From positions 32,001 through 96,000 of the forward strand of contig CAVTCR010000065.1 in the NCBI GenBank assembly GCA_963733195.1: DNA of 64,000 nucleotides. The letters run 5' to 3'. The notes beneath the pieces were generated by a model, which saw only the letters and a list, made by a program, of their open reading frames with translations, was not told the DNA's origin and ran no database searches. Source of the stretch: an uncultured delta proteobacterium (lineage in GTDB: Bacteria > Desulfobacterota > Binatia > Bin18). Both the position numbers and the translations under genes were made by a program. Positions 33,743-43,218 of this stretch are shown one piece after another; position 1 is the stretch's first letter, and every line of letters starts with the position of its first letter.

Positions 33743-34027
33743 ATGATGGACAGAGTCGTACGCTTTCCGGCGCAGGGACGCAGCCGCGCCACACTATCAA
33801 CGTCCCAACACGAGCAACTGCGGCTCAAAGACTCTGCAAACCTGCTTCAGGCCCTCACCATTGTCACAGAGGCCCGCGACGCGTTCTTGACGTTTGCCGA
33901 AGGGACGCAGAAGCCAGCGGTCTTCGCAACGTTTATTCATCTGGCCCATGCCATGGACCAGGCCGGGGCAGAGATTTACAGGATGCTGCATCAGGAGGGA
34001 GATAACGATCCTCCGTGTTGTGCGTGA
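33743..34027 (+). CDS. Small helical hypothetical protein
   Basis: TAAGGA RBS, 7 bp after paralog 1 stop; amphipathic helices including FIHLAHAMDQAGAEI. Confidence 0.55.
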   Translation: MMDRVVRFPAQGRSRATLSTSQHEQLRLKDSANLLQALTIVTEARDAFLTFAEGTQKPAVFATFIHLAHAMDQAGAEIYRMLHQEGDNDPPCCA

Positions 34028-34146
34028 GGAGAGAGCTGCATGCATCTCTGTATCTATCGTTCGCCGTCATGTCTGATGTGGGTGTCTACATTCATGGCCG
34101 TCACGGGCCGCAGTACTGAGTACACAACGGCAAGCTCCGACCAATG

Positions 34147-34341
34147 TGCCAGAATGGCAGTTTTTTAGCAGAAAACAGTACCAAAGTGCAGAAGTGGCAG
34201 TACGTGTTGAGGTTGCTATTCATAACATGCTGAAAATGTCACTGTCGGCAGGATACGCAACCCGCGTAGCCACCGTTGCGCACGGCATTTGTTGATGCGG
34301 CAGGATCTCCGCCCGCTGCTGCCACTGGCACGGTGTATGCT
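34147..34341 (+). promoter_or_regulatory. Second palindrome pair plus sigma54 promoter
   Basis: TGCCagaatGGCA (34147), TGCAgaagtGGCA (34187); TGGCACGGTGTATGCT at 34326-34341. Confidence 0.65.
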
Positions 34342-34477
34342 CTCGTTACTGAATATGGCGAGGACGTATGGTAATCCACTGATCAGATCTGACCCAGGAT
34401 GCGGCGACAGGACGTACATGAGTGAACACGAACACAGAACATCGACACCTCGGATATGGAAAAGCATGGAGAAGCTC

Positions 34478-35844
34478 ATGAATAACAATCAGGGAGATCG
34501 GGTGATCAAACAGATCCGCCTTTCGCTGCCGAACGCGACTGGGGCGCTCTCGACGGTCACCACAGCCGTGAGTGGTGCCGGGGGGATCGTCGGCGAGGTG
34601 CGCACCCTGCACAACCATGCACAGCGGCGCGTGGTGCAACTGAACATCCTTGCTGACAAGCGAGCAACAATGGGCGGCAATTAGGCAGGCACTCATGAGG
34701 CTGGAGCACGTACAGGTTGACGCGGAAACCGATCCGATGCTCGATGCGCATCGCGGTGGTCTCATTGGCGTCCAGTCTATCGTCCCGTTTCGTAGTGAAG
34801 AGGACTTCACTACATTCTACACCTCGGGCGCGATAAGCACGGCACGAACGATTGCCCAGTCGCCGCACTTGGTGCCGTGGTACACCGCGATTCCATGCTT
34901 GGTGGCGCTAGTCACCAATGGTGAGAATGTCCCGCACCTCGGGGAGATTGATCCACGTGCGATGATGCCGCTGTTGGAAGGCAAAGCCGTGCTTCTTAAT
35001 ACCATGCTCATGTTGTCGGGGGTGCCGATTCTGCTGGACACACGAGATCCGCACGAGATCGTACGCACGCTTGCCCATATTGCACCGACCTTTGCGGCGA
35101 TCTCCATGGAAGGGATCGCCGCGCCGGCCTGTTTAGCGGTGGAGGAGGCGCTCGTGGCACAGTTACGGCAACCGGTCTGGCACGATGATCAGCATGGGGT
35201 AGCCGTGGTTGTCCTTGCGGCACTGCTCACGCTGGCGAAGCACTCGCAACAGCCACACACACGGATACACGTAGGCGTGGTAGGCTTGGGTGCTTCTGGC
35301 ATTGGCATTGCCAGGCTGCTGCGCGTGGCAGGCGTCCGACAGAGTATGGGGCACTGATCCGCACGAAGACGGGTGCCAACGTTTGACGGAGCTTGGCGGC
35401 AATGCCACCACCGTAGAGGAGATCATGCGCGAAGCGGACGTGATAGTTGTCACCAGCGGGGCTCCGGGTTTCCTCCGAGCCGGAGCTGGTGCGGAGAGGG
35501 CAAACGCTCATTGCCCTCTCTTCTTTCACCCCGAGCTCGCAGAGGCAGAGTGCGCTGCCGAGGCACAGTACATCGCAGATGACCAGCGGCTCATCAGTGC
35601 ACTCGTCTTTCCGGGACTCATACGCGGCGCTCTTGATGCCCGCAGTACCCGCATCACGGATGCGATGAAAATTGCGGCGGCAGTGGCGATTACCCATCAC
35701 AGCCGAGGCGCTGATCTCCTGCCCTCGGTGTTGGACCCGGCTCTGCATCTCCACGTGGCACACGCTGTCCAGGACTGCGCCGCACGAGAACAAATAGAGC
35801 CAGACCGTAGTCCGACAACTGGCCTGCCTCTGGAGAAGGAGTAA
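34478..35844 (+). CDS. Divergent ACT-domain malic-enzyme homolog, frameshifted
   Basis: N-terminal ACT-like segment; HRGGLI, FYTSG, MPLLEGKA, PVWHDDQHG, GLGASGIGIA, FPGLIRGALD. Confidence 0.78.
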
Positions 35845-35848
35845 CACC

Positions 35849-36007
35849 ATGTCACACGATGACGACTGGCTCAAACAACTGCTGAGGCAATGGACGACGC
35901 TCTCTCTGGATGTGCGCGAGCAACTGCACCTGTCTATGCAGCTTGCTCTGGGCGACCGTAAAAATCAGTGTCGCTTGGAGCAGAAACGGAAACTGGCTCG
36001 CGGATAG
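35849..36007 (+). CDS. 52-aa Trp-motif microprotein, more distant paralog (not in ORF track)
   Basis: AAGGAG RBS; MSHDDDWLKQLLRQWTTLSLDVREQL shares the W..L...W..LS pattern. Confidence 0.6.
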   Translation: MSHDDDWLKQLLRQWTTLSLDVREQLHLSMQLALGDRKNQCRLEQKRKLARG

Positions 36008-36128
36008 CCCAACGCCTGTTCACTGATGCAGCAAATAGCAATGCCCACTGCTGAACAAGCAAGCGTAAGACGACAACATTAGTGCGTAAGAGAGGAAACT
36101 CGTTAGTGCCCGTACGACGGAGGGATAT

Positions 36129-36461
36129 ATGGCACACGATCTGCGTGTGATCTTGACAAGGACGGAAAGGCGGACCGCACTGATTGGGAAATGGTTTTGC
36201 GGGGTGCGATTTACCAAGGTGGATCTGGCGGAAGCGGTCTTCAATAAGGCCGACCTGGAAGGGACGACCTTTGTCCTGACGGATTTATATGGCGCAGATT
36301 TCTGTCACACCAATCTGCGCCAGGCAACATTCTGCTTATGTGACCTACATGGTGTGGACTTGACCGATGCGTGTTTGGCAGGAACGACGTTTCGTGGCTG
36401 CCTCGGTCTCTCGCCAGCTACCTGTGCCTACATTCATGCGCACGGCGGCCTGGTACTGTAA
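36129..36461 (+). CDS. Pentapeptide-repeat protein
   Basis: VRFTK VDLAE AVFNK ADLEG TTFVL TDLYG ADFCH TNLRQ ATFCL CDLHG VDLTD ACLAG; GAGGG RBS. Confidence 0.88.
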   Translation: MAHDLRVILTRTERRTALIGKWFCGVRFTKVDLAEAVFNKADLEGTTFVLTDLYGADFCHTNLRQATFCLCDLHGVDLTDACLAGTTFRGCLGLSPATCAYIHAHGGLVL

Positions 36462-36532
36462 GACCCAGGGAGAAGGGGGTACCCGGGAGAGGATTGGCTG
36501 TACGTCCGCTCAGAGAAAGGAAACCCGTTGCT

Positions 36533-37313
36533 ATGACTCCAGCACTTTTGCAACCCACGATGGTTCAGGATAACGACGGTGGAGACGCAGCTCACTGCCC
36601 TGGTGCAGGGGAGACATAACGTCCATCGTTTGTTGCAACATACCTGCCTGTTGGAACGGCGGCTGCGGGGCGGTGGAGAGCCGACCGATCTGCTACTGCT
36701 TGTGCCAGACATAAAGTTTGCGGTTGAAGAACTCCAAACACTCCTCCAATTTGCTGAGCAAGCAGTATTGCCAGCGCGTCGTAGCGGAGCGCGTACGGCA
36801 GATAAACGAGAACCCCATCCTCCTACTCGGCGACGGCGTGTCGAACTTGGGCCATTGCTCACTCGCTGTGTTTCGGCAGCACGACAGCGATTGCACGGCA
36901 ACGGCGCGTCCGTGCTCTTCCACATTGCTGTTGACCTTCCAGTCTTGACTACCAATCCGGAGACAGTGAGGCACATCCTTTCTTTGCTGTTCGAGCACGC
37001 AATCACGGCGAGTGGAAGAGAAGAGCGAGAAGTGCACGTGCAGTGGACCAACGAGACGTTAGTCGTCGACATCGACGACGCTGGACGAGGGCTCGCTCAA
37101 GAGACCTATACGAGGACTGCGTCAGTTGGTCGAGCAATTAGACGGGACGTTCAGAGTCTCCCACGAACTCGGACAACGGTCGCGTGTAGAACTCACCTTC
37201 GCTCCAGCTGCCCCGAGCGGAAGTGCGGTGGGTCCGGTGGTTCCCCTCCACCGGAAGGGACACGGATGCTGAACAAGAGAGTGGTTATTAATTGGACTGC
37301 TCCTGCCTGGTAG
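36533..37313 (+). CDS. Degenerate histidine kinase (HisKA-like helices plus HATPase_c), frameshifted at both ends
   Basis: RVELGPLLTRCVSAA..VDLPVLTTNPETVRHILSLLFEHAI..LVVDIDDAGRGL; shifted frame QLVEQLDGTFRVSHELGQRSRVELTF; N-box Asn absent. Confidence 0.65.
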
Positions 37314-37415
37314 TGGAGATATGGAACAGCGCAACGGGCCGAAGCCGCGGTCCAAAAAATGGAAGAGCGGGTTACTAAACGGATGAGGAAATAGCCGTAA
37401 GCAAGAGGAACCGCT

Positions 37416-37604
37416 ATGACGTGGTTTGATGTGCTCCTTGAGCACTGGTCGGATCTGTCTGTTGAGGTGCAAAAGAAAGTGCACGAGTATCACGAGTTGC
37501 ACGCTGCGGCGGGGCAGTTCGGCAGATGGTTTCTACCGGAGCGAGTGTGGCAGCTTGAGCAGGAATTACAAGTGGAAGCCCGCAAACTCGGCTGGCGCTG
37601 GTAA
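37416..37604 (+). CDS. 62-aa Trp-motif microprotein, paralog 2
   Basis: GAGGA RBS; MTWFDVLLEHWSDLSVEVQKKV...LGWRW. Confidence 0.78.
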   Translation: MTWFDVLLEHWSDLSVEVQKKVHEYHELHAAAGQFGRWFLPERVWQLEQELQVEARKLGWRW

Positions 37605-37626
37605 CAACGGGTCCCTGTGACAGTGT

Positions 37627-37986
37627 GTGATGTTACCAAGAAGGCGTCCAGAGAAGGTCAAGGCTATAAACGACGAGGAAGCACTATTGTTTGAGATCAA
37701 ACCGGTTGCCATGTTTGTGGATCGGGGGACGGTCGTGTCGCGGGAATTTATGTCTCACGATGGCCGTGTGATAGCCGGTTATCGTGCGCGTCCAGGCGTG
37801 GTTGGATTTCCCGCTTGGACGCGTTTAGGTGACTTGGTGACTGGACATCGCGAGACGGGCCGTCAGTGGTTCTCTACAGGGGTAGCCGCTTACCTCTGGG
37901 TTTTGTCGCGCGTGAACGGCTGGCACGAATTGTCACCGGTTCCTACGGCTATCTCCGGTGGCACACAATCAACGTGGCAGAAGTAG
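37627..37986 (+). CDS. Hypothetical protein
   Basis: 119 aa ORF co-oriented with the cluster; no recognised motif. Confidence 0.4.
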   Translation: MMLPRRRPEKVKAINDEEALLFEIKPVAMFVDRGTVVSREFMSHDGRVIAGYRARPGVVGFPAWTRLGDLVTGHRETGRQWFSTGVAAYLWVLSRVNGWHELSPVPTAISGGTQSTWQK

Positions 37987-38109
37987 CGTGAGCGAACACA
38001 GAGAGCTTCAGAGGCAAGGATGCTTGTCTTTCAAGGCGTTTCATGTCGTGAGGTCGAGCACAAAGCGCCATAAATTGAATAGTGTCTCGCCTGAGAAAGG
38101 AGTCGACTG

Positions 38110-38937
38110 ATGACTGAAACATTACCCCGCCTGTTGACGCTACAAGCCTGTGACCAGCGCATCCGAGAGGCGTTGCATACCCTCGAGAGCCTACGAGCCT
38201 CGCTGGCTGTCCTAACAGAGCAAGCAGTTGCCAACGCGCAAGATATGCAAGCCTGCCACGATACAATCCTGGAGGCCACACAGGCGCGTGACGCGCTCGC
38301 CACGCAGCGTGATCAGATCAAAGATCAATTGCGAGAGAAAAAGCGTAGCGAGCATCGTCGCGGTGCTGGAAAGGTGAAAGAGTTCATCCAACAAGAGATT
38401 GCGCTTCTGGACGCGCAGAAGGCTGCCATAGAGGAGGAACTGCGTACCGTGGAGGTGCAGATCACTGAAGACAGCGCCACACTCCACCAGGCTGAAGAAG
38501 CTGCTCCGACGCAGGCGGAGGAACGGCAACGTACTACCGCTGCACTGCTCGATCAGATTGCCGCTACACAAGAAGTGCTCCGCGCGGCGCAAGAGGAGCG
38601 TAGCGCACTGACCTCAGGCATCATGCCGTTCGTTCTCTATAAATATGAGCGGATCTCCGCCCATCGCGGTGGCGTCGCCGTGGTGGCGATCGCACATGAG
38701 ACGTGTCAAGGGTGTCACCTGCACGTGCCAGCGCACCTCTGTCTTGAACTGCAGAAAACCCTCAGACTCGCGTTTTGTCCCAATTGTCATCGTATTGTCT
38801 TTGTGGCGAACGAGGCTCCGATTGCATCGCCGCCCTCCCACCGACCTGCCGCGACCAAACGCCGCACGCCCCGTCCACAACGCTACACGCGGGCGGCAGC
38901 GTGCAACAGCGAAACGATCCCAGCGACAAGTAGCTGA
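38110..38937 (+). CDS. Coiled-coil C4 zinc-ribbon protein (DUF164; HP0958/FlgZ, CT398/CdsZ family)
   Basis: LLTLQACDQRI, long coiled coil, YERI..GGVAVVAI..CQGCHLHVP..FCPNCHRIVF; AAGGAG RBS. Confidence 0.85.
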   Translation: MTETLPRLLTLQACDQRIREALHTLESLRASLAVLTEQAVANAQDMQACHDTILEATQARDALATQRDQIKDQLREKKRSEHRRGAGKVKEFIQQEIALLDAQKAAIEEELRTVEVQITEDSATLHQAEEAAPTQAEERQRTTAALLDQIAATQEVLRAAQEERSALTSGIMPFVLYKYERISAHRGGVAVVAIAHETCQGCHLHVPAHLCLELQKTLRLAFCPNCHRIVFVANEAPIASPPSHRPAATKRRTPRPQRYTRAAACNSETIPATSS

Positions 38938-38992
38938 ATTGAACAAGTTTGCCGTGAGTGTAGCGAGAGAACACTGCGATGGAAAATTGCGA

Positions 38993-39670
38993 TTATCCCC
39001 ACTTCCCGCGTCGGGTTGGGAATGCCAGCGCGTGCTCTAGGCGCTGCAAAAATTCTTTTCGTGATATCTCGTGACTCCCTAAGCGCTGCAAGTGTGGGTT
39101 GGTGATTTGGCAGTCGATGAGTGTGAACTCCCATGCCTGTAGTTGTTGGGACAACGTCGCAAAGGCAACTTTTGAAGCGTTGGTCTCATGTTTGAACATC
39201 GACTCACCAAAGAACGCGCGCCCCAGGCTGACACCATACATGCCCCCAGCGAGTTGCCCATCCAGCCATGCCTCGACCGAATGAGCAAACCCCGCTTCAT
39301 GTAACGCACAGTAGGCTTCGATCATTTCTGAGACGATCCAGGTTCCTTGTCCTTGCTCAATACGCGTTTCGGCACAGGCACGGATAACCTCGGGGAAGGC
39401 TTCATCGAATGACACGACAAAACGCCCTTGCCGTAAGAGGCGTTGTAAACTGCGTGAGACATGAAACTCGGCGGGTTTCATGATGCAGCGCTGTGGCGGA
39501 CTCCACCATAAGATCGGTGTGTCGTCTTCGTACCAGGGAAAGATTCCTAATTGATAAGCAAGTAAGAGACGTTCAACACTGAGATCACCACCGATAGCAA
39601 GTAAACCATCAGGATTTGCCCGTTCTGGATGGGGAAAGCGGAGGGCATTAGTCAGTCGGTATACTGTCAT
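38993..39670 (-). CDS. aat: Leucyl/phenylalanyl-tRNA--protein transferase
   Basis: GLLAIGGDLS, AYQLGIFPWY, WWSP, GFAHSVEAW, FFGESMF, ASKVAF, LIDCQ. Confidence 0.96.
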   Translation of the reverse strand: MTVYRLTNALRFPHPERANPDGLLAIGGDLSVERLLLAYQLGIFPWYEDDTPILWWSPPQRCIMKPAEFHVSRSLQRLLRQGRFVVSFDEAFPEVIRACAETRIEQGQGTWIVSEMIEAYCALHEAGFAHSVEAWLDGQLAGGMYGVSLGRAFFGESMFKHETNASKVAFATLSQQLQAWEFTLIDCQITNPHLQRLGSHEISRKEFLQRLEHALAFPTRRGKWG

Positions 39671-39819
39671 GGTGTTCGCACAGGGTGTTTGGAAATGGCT
39701 TTGTCAAACAGTGATGATCATAGTACTGTATCATGACATCTTATCCCATCGTCGGGAAATCCGGTTACACTGTCAATCACTGTCTCAGTAGAGACGCAAG
39801 TGTTGCATCCACCGGTAGG

Positions 39820-40020
39820 TTAGGCACGGTCGAGGGCGCGGTTGAAAAGTTCGAGTTGCTCTTCTGGAGAGAGTGCAGGAGCTTCCGGTTGTACACTCGT
39901 TTGTGGAGGTGGAGTTAGTGGTACGTTGGACGTGCGTCCCAGCGTAGCGCATTGGGTTGTCAAAAAAAGGAAGGGAAGTAAGAGCAGGGAGGAGGAAAAA
40001 TATCGACCGCTCGTATTCAC
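39820..40020 (-). CDS. Short lipoprotein-like ORF or fragment
   Basis: Hydrophobic stretch then TTQCAT and Pro-rich linker. Confidence 0.3.
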   Translation of the reverse strand: MNTSGRYFSSSLLLLPFLFLTTQCATLGRTSNVPLTPPPQTSVQPEAPALSPEEQLELFNRALDRA

Positions 40021-40091
40021 GGTGTTTTCATTTTCCGCTTATTGTAGGTAAGGATAACGGTAAAAAAACCAGAGAGCAGAAAACCTCCTTA

Positions 40092-40349
40092 TTACTCTCT
40101 CGTCTTTTCCTCTTTTGTTTTCAGTTCAGCGTCGTGTTCATGAATAAAGGACCGAATATCCTCGGCCATATCCAGCAACTTGGTCCATTGTTCCTTGTAC
40201 AACGTCACAGGAAAACGTCCCAAGCCGTAGACGGAGACTCCACCTTTTTCGCTGACTTTCATCGAAACCCCTTTTGACCCACGCGATTTTAAGGCAGCGT
40301 TTTCTGCTTTGAGTCTTTCAAGTTCAGCACGCAAATCATCCTCTGCCAT
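40092..40349 (-). CDS. Small hypothetical protein (KVSEKGGVSVYGLGRFPVTLY type)
   Basis: AAGGAGG RBS; coiled coil then KVSEKGGVSVYGLGRFPVTLYKEQW. Confidence 0.8.
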   Translation of the reverse strand: MAEDDLRAELERLKAENAALKSRGSKGVSMKVSEKGGVSVYGLGRFPVTLYKEQWTKLLDMAEDIRSFIHEHDAELKTKEEKTRE

Positions 40350-40377
40350 AGGAACCTCCTTCTTGCTGTTGTCGTTT

Positions 40378-41463
40378 CTACAAAGAGGACCGTTGTGCGA
40401 CTTCCTGAGCGGTTTCCGCGAGAAAGACCGCTCGTTGGCTAAAGTCACTCAAGAGTTCGTCCTGGAGTTGACCGTTTTGATAGAGCACAAAGAGTTGCAT
40501 ACACACAGTTGCAGTTTTCCACAAGGCGAACGTTTCATAAAAAGAAATAGCGCTGACATCGCGCCCACTCTGTTTGGCATAACGCTCAATGACCTCTGCG
40601 CGGGTGTAAAATCCCGGCAGATCGTTTGGCGCCCGCGACAAGTATTTTCGTGCGGGTGGGTCGTTGGGCTCGGTCCAATAGTTGAGCAGTAAGCCAAGAT
40701 CGACCAGAGGGTCACCAAGGGTGCATTGATCCCAATCAAATATGGCAATGATCCGGGCAATATCGTTGGGATCGACCATCATATTGTCGAGCTTATAGTC
40801 GTTGTGGAGGAGCGTCGGTGCAGACGAGCGTGGGATACGGTTTAACAACCAACGGCTCAGTTCGTCCATGAGCGGAATCTCTCTGGCGGTTTTCACACGC
40901 TCCCAGCGTTTGCTCCAACTGTTGACTTGCCGTTCGACGAAGCCCTCAGGTTTCCCTAGCGTTTCTAAGCCCACGGTTTTGTAATCTATAGCGTGAAAGG
41001 CGACGAGGGTGTCGATCATCGCCTCACTCAGACGGCGATACAGCACAGGCTGGTTAAGGTAGACTGGCGGCATCTCTTTATGGATGACCAGGCCTCGTCG
41101 CCGCTCCATGACAAAGAACGGAGCCCCTAAGACACTGACATCATCACAGAAAAAGAACGGTCGAGAGGCAGGAGAAAAGACCGGAGACAGCGCTGACAGT
41201 ACGCGAAACTCTCGGGCCATGTCATACGCACCCGGCGCGAGCGGGCCACTTGGAGGACGTCGCAAGACGTATTCGTGAGGCCCGAAGTTAATGAGATAGG
41301 TGAGATTGGCGCGACCACCAGCAAATTGCACGACTTCGAGCGGGCCATCTGTATATGGCAACCGCTCGCGTAAAAAGGGCTCAAGGATGTGAAGGTCAAG
41401 AACCGCTTCTGGTCGCACTGCGACTGTCTCTGGTTCTGTCCATCCTGTAGGCGTATGTGTCAT
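40378..41463 (-). CDS. APH-family phosphotransferase (ACAD10/11 kinase-like)
   Basis: GGRANLTY, VLRRPP, LGAPFFVME, LLHNDYKLDN, IFDWD..LGDPLVDLG. Confidence 0.9.
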   Translation of the reverse strand: MTHTPTGWTEPETVAVRPEAVLDLHILEPFLRERLPYTDGPLEVVQFAGGRANLTYLINFGPHEYVLRRPPSGPLAPGAYDMAREFRVLSALSPVFSPASRPFFFCDDVSVLGAPFFVMERRRGLVIHKEMPPVYLNQPVLYRRLSEAMIDTLVAFHAIDYKTVGLETLGKPEGFVERQVNSWSKRWERVKTAREIPLMDELSRWLLNRIPRSSAPTLLHNDYKLDNMMVDPNDIARIIAIFDWDQCTLGDPLVDLGLLLNYWTEPNDPPARKYLSRAPNDLPGFYTRAEVIERYAKQSGRDVSAISFYETFALWKTATVCMQLFVLYQNGQLQDELLSDFSQRAVFLAETAQEVAQRSSL

Positions 41464-41578
41464 CCGAATACGTTCCTCAATCGGACGTGCTCTTTATCAT
41501 GGCAAGAACGGAGAATCCAGGAGTCGGAGCATAGAAGAAAACAGCCCGTACTCTACCAGTCACACAGCATACAAGTAT

Positions 41579-41962
41579 TCATGTTGCTAGAAACCTTCCC
41601 AGCCACACGCCCAGGATGACTCCTACAAGTCCCAGAACAACACTACCTGTAATGTTCAGCAGTGCCGCGACAACACTCTGGTCTTGCGCGAGCCGCAACG
41701 TTTCGTAGCTGAAAGTCGAGAAAGTAGTATAAGCTCCAAGGAATCCAACAGCAAAGAAGAGGTGGTAATGAGGAGAGGCCAGTGGTCGAGTATTGAGGCT
41801 CGCCACAAGCAGTCCTAAGAGAAAGCTGCCACTGATGTTAATGACAAAAGTGCCCCAGGGAAATTGCGCGCCCCACAGTTGGGTGAGCCAGCCTCCCACC
41901 AGGTAACGGACATTGGCACCAAGAAAACCGCCGATGCCAATCATTATATATTCCATGCTCAT
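41579..41962 (-). CDS. crcB: Fluoride channel Fluc
   Basis: GGFLGANVRY, FPWGTFVINISGSF, GFLGAYTTFSTF. Confidence 0.95.
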   Translation of the reverse strand: MSMEYIMIGIGGFLGANVRYLVGGWLTQLWGAQFPWGTFVINISGSFLLGLLVASLNTRPLASPHYHLFFAVGFLGAYTTFSTFSYETLRLAQDQSVVAALLNITGSVVLGLVGVILGVWLGRFLAT

Positions 41963-42022
41963 GTGTCATACTGCAGCCGTCCGTTATGGTCTACGTTGTT
42001 CTCTGTGGAGAGAAGAGGGGGA

Positions 42023-42073
42023 TTGACACTTTGTCGTATAGCTTTAGTCTTTAATAGGAATTATTCCTATTAA
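42023..42073 (+). promoter_or_regulatory. Sigma70-type promoter with Fur/PerR-type operator
   Basis: TTGACA (42023) and TAGTCT (42045); perfect inverted repeat TTAATAGGAA-tta-TTCCTATTAA at 42051-42073 abutting the RBS. Confidence 0.7.
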
Positions 42074-42086
42074 GGAGGATGTGGAT

Positions 42087-42512
42087 ATGACGAAGTCTTT
42101 GCAAGGTACAAAGACGCACGACAACCTTAAACACGCCTTTGCGGGCGAATCCCAGGCGAACCGCCGATACCTCTATTTTGCCCGCCGCGCTGACATCGAA
42201 GGGTATCCTGATGTTGGTGGATTGTTCCGCGATACGTCAGAAGCGGAAACCGGTCATGCCTTTGGCCATCTCGATTTCCTGAAAGAGGTGGGCGACCCGG
42301 CAACTGGTAAGCCGATTGGCGACACGGAGAAGAACCTGCAAGCGGCTGAGGCCGGCGAAACCTACGAGTATACGGAAATGTATCCAGGGTTTGCGAAAAC
42401 TGCGCGGGACGAAGGTTTTGTCGAAGTCGCCGAATGGTTTGAGACCTTGGCCCGTGCGGAGAAATCGCACGCAGGTCGATTCAGAAAAGGCTTGGATGGC
42501 TTAAAGGCGTAG
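42087..42512 (+). CDS. Short rubrerythrin without rubredoxin domain
   Basis: [40 protein letters not shown]. Confidence 0.95.
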   Translation: MTKSLQGTKTHDNLKHAFAGESQANRRYLYFARRADIEGYPDVGGLFRDTSEAETGHAFGHLDFLKEVGDPATGKPIGDTEKNLQAAEAGETYEYTEMYPGFAKTARDEGFVEVAEWFETLARAEKSHAGRFRKGLDGLKA

Positions 42513-42526
42513 TGGATGGTGATATG

Positions 42527-42561
42527 TTCGTAGAGACGCCCTGGCAGGGCGTCTCTACGAA
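42527..42561. repeat. GTAG-type REP hairpin
   Basis: ttcgtagagacgccctg-g-cagggcgtctctacgaa. Confidence 0.8.
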
Positions 42562-42599
42562 AGATCATATTCCGAGAGGACAATGATAAGGAGCCGTTG

Positions 42600-43175
42600 A
42601 TGCAGAAGGTGACGCTAGACGAGATTATAGGCTCTGAGCGCTATGAGAAAATCCGTGATGACTTTCGTCATCGCATCATCGAGTTAAAGAAACACCGACG
42701 CCTCTCAATTGGTGATCGTATTACTGTGGTATTTGAGAATCATGAGACTGTGCTGTTCCAGATTCAAGAGATGCTGCGTGCAGAACGCATCACCGACATT
42801 GATAAGATTCGCTTTGAAGTCGACACCTATAACGAACTCATTCCTGGCGACGGTGAGCTATCAACAACATTGCTGATTGAAATCACTGAACAAGAACAGA
42901 TCCGGCCAGAACTGGTGAAACTGATCGGTCTCGACAAAGCCGTGTCTTTACAGATCGGTCAACGCTTCACAGTTCCAGGGGTTTTTGAAGGTGGACGAAG
43001 TACAGAAGACAACCTTAGTGCAGTTCAATACGTACGTTTTCCCTTGTCGCCTGAGGCGCGTGCGGCGTTTTGCGATGAGAAAGAAGAGGTGCGATTGGTC
43101 GTTATGCACCCCAATTACCAAGCTCAGGCGCAGTTGCCGACGGCAACACGACAATCCTTAGCGGCTGAGCTATAA
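42600..43175 (+). CDS. DUF3501 family protein
   Basis: [41 protein letters not shown]; next to rubrerythrin. Confidence 0.88.
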   Translation: MQKVTLDEIIGSERYEKIRDDFRHRIIELKKHRRLSIGDRITVVFENHETVLFQIQEMLRAERITDIDKIRFEVDTYNELIPGDGELSTTLLIEITEQEQIRPELVKLIGLDKAVSLQIGQRFTVPGVFEGGRSTEDNLSAVQYVRFPLSPEARAAFCDEKEEVRLVVMHPNYQAQAQLPTATRQSLAAEL

Positions 43176-43218
43176 AGGCAAGCGAAGAGAACGTACACTG
43201 GTTGCGAAAAGGTCGTGT

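Noticed and set aside
41963-42022. Fluoride riboswitch upstream of crcB
   Set aside because: No GATGG...CTGATG pseudoknot consensus in the short leader
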